In this document: piece by piece, positions 59,241 through 64,000 of the stretch
How the letters are laid out: the number at the start of each line of letters is the position of its first letter
Numbering within the stretch: position 1 is the first letter of the stretch
Assembly: GCA_002269645.1 (NCBI GenBank)
Contig: NIVC01000382.1
Location: 186,001-250,000 of the forward strand
Reading direction: 5' to 3'
Source: Macrostomum lignano
Lineage: Eukaryota
Length of the DNA stretch: 64,000 nucleotides
The notes under the pieces: generated by a model
What the model was told of the DNA's origin: nothing
Database searches by the model: none
Seen by the model: the letters and a program-made list of their open reading frames with translations, nothing else
Made by a program: the position numbers and the translations under genes

Positions 59241-61411
59241 CGCGGACTCCGGGATTATAAGCAGCTGGACTGGAAGGCTAAAAATAACCCATACCACAAG
59301 GGGGCATTAGTTTCCTACACAGCTTATCTGCAGAGGGGCATGAATTGCTAATACAAATCACATAAATAGACACGTGCACAACGGAAAAGAAACACTTTGC
59401 AACAGTGGAAAAAGCAAAAACATTGCTGACAAGTCACTTAATCTGAAACCGAGGCCAATCCGCAGTTAATTATGAGTAGGAATCGGCAGACTGACTGGAG
59501 AGCTTCGCAATCTTCCGCTTCCTTCCGCGCTCCGAATCGCCAGAAACTTCCTTAGCCAGGTTCTTCATCATGCAGTTGAAGAACGCTTTAGACAATCCTG
59601 TCTTCACATCATGTCCATGGGTGCATGTTGTGAGGTGGGACAGCACAAAAACAGGCTGTCCAGTTACTTCATCCATGAAGCAAGGGTTGAAGTTGTTGCC
59701 GCACAGGCCTCTGACAAACTTGCGGTTGACTGCGGCATTATCAACGCACACTGCACAAACGGTGAAATTCAACTTTCTTAAGACACTCATCGCCTGGTGA
59801 AACCATTCCGTAAGTTTCTTCGCAGTCAATGTTGCAACGGCATGCATCGCAATCATGTCCTTGTATTGACTCGCTACAGAGCGGATCATGAAGCAGTAGA
59901 GTGTCTTTGCTGTAGCTCCATCTGCATCCAGTCCATTCAACTGACCATTGTTGTACTCAACCCGATTGGCAATGTAGATCTCATCGATCGCAAGGACGAC
60001 AACTTTCTCAACTTGTTCAAGCTTAGATGCCCGAAGTTTAAGATAGCCTTCGTTATCCAGACCTACCTTAGAACCAACTCTAGCTGTGATGGACCTCAAA
60101 GTGCGATCAGATGGCAGACAAAGTGCCTCCTGCTCCAGCATGGTCTTGTATGCAGCGGCACTGATTGAGTAAATTAAATACGCAAAAACGAGAAGCTCCT
60201 GCGAGTACCTGCGAGCAGAGGCTGGCTTCCTACTCAACTTCAATTGCTCCAAAGCAAAGCTCACCGTTCGGTTATCTGCCAGCTCTTCCACCTCTTCTAA
60301 CAGGTCTTCAGCCATATCCAGCAGATGCGAAACTTTATCGTCAGACTCGGCCGTATCCTCCTTCAAAATCTTGATTCTCGACATGATGTTAACAAGCTGG
60401 CTAAGGGTCGAGACCTTGCCATTAGTCAACAGATCGACAAACCTATTCATCTTCAGAGGCATTCTACGGAATCCACATGTGACGGTGAGGTCTTCAGCCA
60501 AGCAAATATAGCACGCAACATGAAAATTGGGCTCCATCTCGAGCATGTAAATGCACAGCTTGCCGTCACACAGAGAGAATTGAAAACCTGCTGGCTTACT
60601 CTCCTCCTGATCAAGTCTGGAGCGCACGTCGTGTAGGCTGCAATCAGCAATTGAGTCGGCTTCCTGAAAGGTGTCGATGCTGCTTTGCAGGGCACTGAGT
60701 TCCCGCTCCAGACGTTCAGAAGTCGCCGCTGTTGATCTCTGCGGCTTTTTTTCAGAGGACAGGTAGGATGGAGCGTTGGGAAAGATGGACGGCACAGCCC
60801 CTTGTTTCAAAAGGCGTCTTAGTAGTTGCTCCTTGCTCTTCTTACGTGCGACGTTTGTATCCATGGAACTTTCAACGAAGTCGTCCGGATGAAAATGTCT
60901 GGAGCAAATCCTTGAGCTTTTTGTTGGCTCAAACTCCTGCCTTGGGTTGGCTCGCTTCCACTTTTCCAGAAGGGCGGGGTCCTTCCATGGAAAACTATGG
61001 AAGCTGACTCCTGCGACAGTTCCATTTGCTCGATTTGAGCATCCGTACGCTGAGCAAGCCTTCACCATAAGTGGTCTTCACTCTCAGAGTTGATCAGACA
61101 ATTATGAGTGCTAGTTAGCAAAAACAAGGAGAGATCGTTTTTAGGACATGCTGTACAGTGCAGCGATTCTTGTAGTCCACTATAGGCCACAACCCCGGCC
61201 GAAATACGAACAGGGACGAATTGGAATGTACATTGTAGAGAGAGCTTTTTAGTGTACAACGAAAGCTTTCCTTCCCTCGTGGAACAAACACCCCGACCCC
61301 AAGCCCCCAACTGGGGGACAGAAGGGAGAAGCAGTGCCCCCCTGTGGTATAGGGTGGAAAATAAAATTATCTCTCCTTCCAGTCCAGTTGCTTATAATCC
61401 CGGGGTCCGCG
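59241..61411 (-). mobile_element. Internally deleted P-superfamily element, 37-bp TIRs, 7-bp TSD
   Basis: TIRs at 59241-59277 and 61375-61411 (35/37 identical, beginning CGCGGAC). Exact TSD AGTCAAG at 59234-59240 and 61412-61418. Confidence 0.9.
59470..61068 (-). CDS. THAP-domain P-type transposase derivative with an in-frame internal deletion (532 aa)
   Basis: THAP CSAYGCSN...FHSFP...W...ICSRHF...AVPSIF; LPSDRTLR; LAIDEIY; VCVDNAAVN; then a jump from PVFVLS to the C-terminal HLTTCTHGH...RKIAKLS. Confidence 0.88.
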   Translation of the reverse strand: MVKACSAYGCSNRANGTVAGVSFHSFPWKDPALLEKWKRANPRQEFEPTKSSRICSRHFHPDDFVESSMDTNVARKKSKEQLLRRLLKQGAVPSIFPNAPSYLSSEKKPQRSTAATSERLERELSALQSSIDTFQEADSIADCSLHDVRSRLDQEESKPAGFQFSLCDGKLCIYMLEMEPNFHVACYICLAEDLTVTCGFRRMPLKMNRFVDLLTNGKVSTLSQLVNIMSRIKILKEDTAESDDKVSHLLDMAEDLLEEVEELADNRTVSFALEQLKLSRKPASARRYSQELLVFAYLIYSISAAAYKTMLEQEALCLPSDRTLRSITARVGSKVGLDNEGYLKLRASKLEQVEKVVVLAIDEIYIANRVEYNNGQLNGLDADGATAKTLYCFMIRSVASQYKDMIAMHAVATLTAKKLTEWFHQAMSVLRKLNFTVCAVCVDNAAVNRKFVRGLCGNNFNPCFMDEVTGQPVFVLSHLTTCTHGHDVKTGLSKAFFNCMMKNLAKEVSGDSERGRKRKIAKLSSQSADSYS

Positions 61412-61462
61412 AGTCAAGGGTACGGGAGCAACACAGCCTGGCTGAAACTGCCTGCCAGAAAA

Positions 61463-61471
61463 GTATATAAG
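61463..61471 (+). promoter_or_regulatory. TATA box GTATATAAG upstream of the DEDD-like/TBP block
   Basis: Identical to the 9-mer at 50476; lies 42 bp before the ATG at 61513. Confidence 0.65.
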
Positions 61472-61512
61472 AAGGTGGACTGACTCCGAAATTTTCGAAG
61501 GAAAGCTGCATC

Positions 61513-62020
61513 ATGAACTACATTGACTTCCAAGGATTCCCGTGCAACAGCACAAGCAAAAAATTTGTTGTGAAGGAGTTGGCAGTTGTTCAAATCAGAG
61601 CGGGAAGCTACCGCATTGCTCACCATGTGTACGCACCTCCGTATCCATGGGAGAGAGTCTCACCTGACATGCGAGTTTACTACAGACGGCTATCTAAGAG
61701 TCTGCACCAGTTTAAGTGGAGTGATGGAACCCGTCCGTACATGGAACTGGCGGAAGACATTCTGAGCATTGCCAGTGGTCCGATCTGGTCAAATGGGGAA
61801 AGGAAGTCGATTTTTCTGACTGAGCTGCTTGGAAGACAGGTTTATAACCTAGAAGATTTGGGAGCACCTTCGATTGAAGATTCAGATACTGGCTGTGCAG
61901 TGAGAAATTCATTGCTGCACTACAGTCGGCTTAAGCCAAAGTTCTGCATCAACTTAAGAAGCGAGCAGTGTCCGTGGCACACGAGCAGTAAAGTTGGCAG
62001 AAGCAGATTTGGTGAAGTAG
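61513..62020 (+). CDS. DEDD/DnaQ-like exonuclease-fold protein (Polinton accessory); 3' end probably frameshifted
   Basis: YIDFQGF...FVVKELAVV...HQFKWSDG...VYNLEDLGAPSI. The track's extension to 62364 over TBP looks like read-through. Confidence 0.55.
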
Positions 62021-62032
62021 TTGACGATCGAA

Positions 62033-62605
62033 ATGAGCCCACCAGCTACAGCCCTAAGAGTGACCAATCTGGTTGGCGGAGTAGATCTGAGACTGGATGG
62101 TGGCAGGGGCGCTCAGCTGCCTCTACGGGAACTGGCTCTCAGCATGGCTCATGTGATCTACCGGCCCGTCTGGCCCCGGGTGCTCATCAAGCGGATGCGG
62201 ATTCCCAGAGTGACTCTCCTACTCTACCCTACTGGGCAACTGAGCATCTGCGGTGCCAAGACCCACACAGACGCCAAAAGGGCTGCCCGTCGCTTCGTGG
62301 CTATGCTGCATCGGAGAGTGCCGGCTCAACTGCTGCCTCATCAAACAATTTGTGTTCGAATTAAAACTATTACTGCTCATGGACAGCTCCCAGTTCATTC
62401 CGCACTTTCCTTATTAATGTTAAAATCAATTATCCCAAACGCCGAATATGAACCAGAATCCTTTTCTGCTTTAATTTTCAATTTAAACTTTTGTAAATGT
62501 CTGCTTTTTCACAGCGGCTCTTTTGTTCTCAGTGGAGCTCGGTCCTTGAATCAGTTGCATACCGATAGCATGCGTCTACTCAATGTAGTTCTTTCCATTG
62601 AATAA
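62033..62605 (+). CDS. TBP: TATA-binding-protein-like, core only, 190 aa, intact
   Basis: Two TBP repeats: TNLVGG...YRPVWPRVLIKRMRIPRVTLLLYPTGQLSICGAK and YEPESFSALIFNLNFCKCLLFHSGSFVLSGAR (compare YEPELFPGLIYR...LLIFVSGKIVLTGAK). AATAAA overlaps the stop at 62601-62606. Confidence 0.88.
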   Translation: MSPPATALRVTNLVGGVDLRLDGGRGAQLPLRELALSMAHVIYRPVWPRVLIKRMRIPRVTLLLYPTGQLSICGAKTHTDAKRAARRFVAMLHRRVPAQLLPHQTICVRIKTITAHGQLPVHSALSLLMLKSIIPNAEYEPESFSALIFNLNFCKCLLFHSGSFVLSGARSLNQLHTDSMRLLNVVLSIE

Positions 62606-63187
62606 AAATAAAAGTCAAGTCAAGCAATTTGCCGGAAATATTTCAATGATTAGTGAAAAGTGAATAAAAGGATAAACTTGATATTCTTTACATTCATTTT
62701 CCCAGGCAGACAGCTATGGAACACTTCAAAAACGTATTTAGCCCATCACCAAAAGTATCGCAAAACGCATATCAAATCCGAAAGTAAACAATACTACCAT
62801 CGTTATAACAAACGATGTGCACCGAGAGAAGAGAAATAGAAAAGTGATAGAGAAAATATGATTAAAACGCTGATTGAATTTACAGGAACAATTTATGTCA
62901 GATAAAAACCAAAAACACATTTTAAACAAGTAGTACACAAAGCAAACAAAAATGAATTAATATTGTATGAGCGCACTTGCGACAGCTTTATAAAAAGTAA
63001 AACTTAAATTGATATCAATATTTCACGCCGCAAAAACAAATTGACAGCTAAATCTAGCGCAATTAGCCAAGCATACAAATTTGTAAAAGTTACTACATGC
63101 AAGTCACTACATTTTAAAACAGAATTTGGCAATTTAAACAACTCTAAAAGCAAGAAAAAGTACTAAACAGTCTGTTAAACACCCGCA

Positions 63188-64000
63188 CTAGACCAGTCGG
63201 ATGCGCTTCAGCTGATCGTGGGATGCGGGCGTCAGCGCATAGTGTCCGTAGGGCAGGCTTCGATTACTGCTAAGCCACACTCGCTTATCCTCCCACACCG
63301 ATAGGCTTCTTTTCTCCATTACCGACGTGAAGATTTCGTGTTTCTTGGAAACAATCGCTGTCATGGCAACCATCTGCTCTTGCTTGGACTCGAACGCGTC
63401 GACATAGTTCGCATGCGAAATTTGCTGTCTTACTACTGACTGCTTCACGCCTTTGGCAGTTTTCTTGATCTTTGCACTCGAATTCTCGGCAGGGAGAAAC
63501 GAATAAAGTTTTGGACGCAAAAGAATCCACTCCTGGTAAATTCCACCAGCAGATTCATCTTTAACGCAGCCCAGCTTTCCTTTTAACTCTTCAGAGAAAT
63601 GCGGATGGTCTCGAGAATAGTTGGATGTGTCAAGTATTTTTTCCTCTCTAAGCTTCGGGATTACCTCCGATGTTAAATCATGATTCTTGAAAGCTAGAAA
63701 AAATGAGTCAGTATCACCTCCGTAAAGCATCATGTCTCTGGAACCGTCTGAATGACAGAACAGCGGTCGGAGCCTGTCATACAGTAGGCTGTACATGGCC
63801 ATCTTAGAGAGATCGAGAACTGCCTGGCCAACGAAAATGGCCTTGTCAAGCGTGAATTTATCTTTTTGAGCTGAAAAATGCTCAACGACTCATTGATAAT
63901 CGAGAATGCGGCACAGTTTGGTCGAGAGGCGCAAGTTTCTGCTTGAGTCTGGTTAGTGCAAATTCGAACATCGCATCTTTTTCGAACGTTCTCCATAGTT
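63188..64000 (-). pseudogene. polB: Protein-primed DNA polymerase B, C-terminal part, frameshift near 63820, continuing off the window
   Basis: MENVRKR, VGQAVLDLSK, YGGDTDSFF, LGCVKDE, LRPKLYS, KTAKGVK, EDKR, LPYGHY. Confidence 0.93.

Larger units (their letters stand above)
48922..64000. mobile_element. Polinton/Maverick (adintovirus-like) endogenous element running off the right edge, inactivated by stops, frameshifts and insertions
   Basis: Starts AGTAGT at 48922 exactly where piggyBac coding sequence stops. Contains integrase, minor and major capsid, protease, ATPase and pPolB hallmark genes. Confidence 0.93.

Noticed and set aside
59468-61109. AATTATGAGT direct repeat flanking the THAP ORF as a TSD
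   Set aside because: The true boundaries are better explained by the 37-bp TIRs and exact AGTCAAG TSD further out, and one copy overlaps the stop codon.
62021-62364. Overprinted extension of the 283-aa ORF over TBP
   Set aside because: The extension is low-complexity and lacks motifs; it most likely results from a frameshift near 61985-62000.

Overview
Eukaryotic, probably invertebrate animal, repeat-saturated DNA with no confidently intact host gene. From left to right it holds: a 23-bp satellite with higher-order structure; two Crypton-like tyrosine-recombinase loci sharing a GTCTATGG end motif, with nearby hairpins; a LINE ORF1 remnant; a Tc1 remnant; two truncated Ty3/Gypsy elements, one abutting a Copia integrase fragment; a full-length P element (about 150-bp TIRs, 8-bp TSD) nested in a hAT-like MITE; a decayed Polinton pPolB; a THAP/P fragment; a mariner carrying a tRNA-derived SINE; and a piggyBac remnant. 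From 48922 to the window edge lies a near-complete but decayed Polinton/Maverick (adintovirus-like) endogenous virus. Its genes are a tandem PC4-like protein, integrase, minor capsid, basic core-like protein, major capsid, adenain protease, packaging ATPase, two conserved ORFs, a DEDD-like protein, a TBP-like protein and a convergent pPolB. A 2.2-kb solo LTR and a 2.17-kb P-superfamily element are inserted in it. The most striking signal is that this virus-like element carries its own TATA-binding protein and a PC4-like protein, with identical GTATATAAG boxes upstream of two gene blocks. All family assignments come from motif recognition by eye; no database searches were run.
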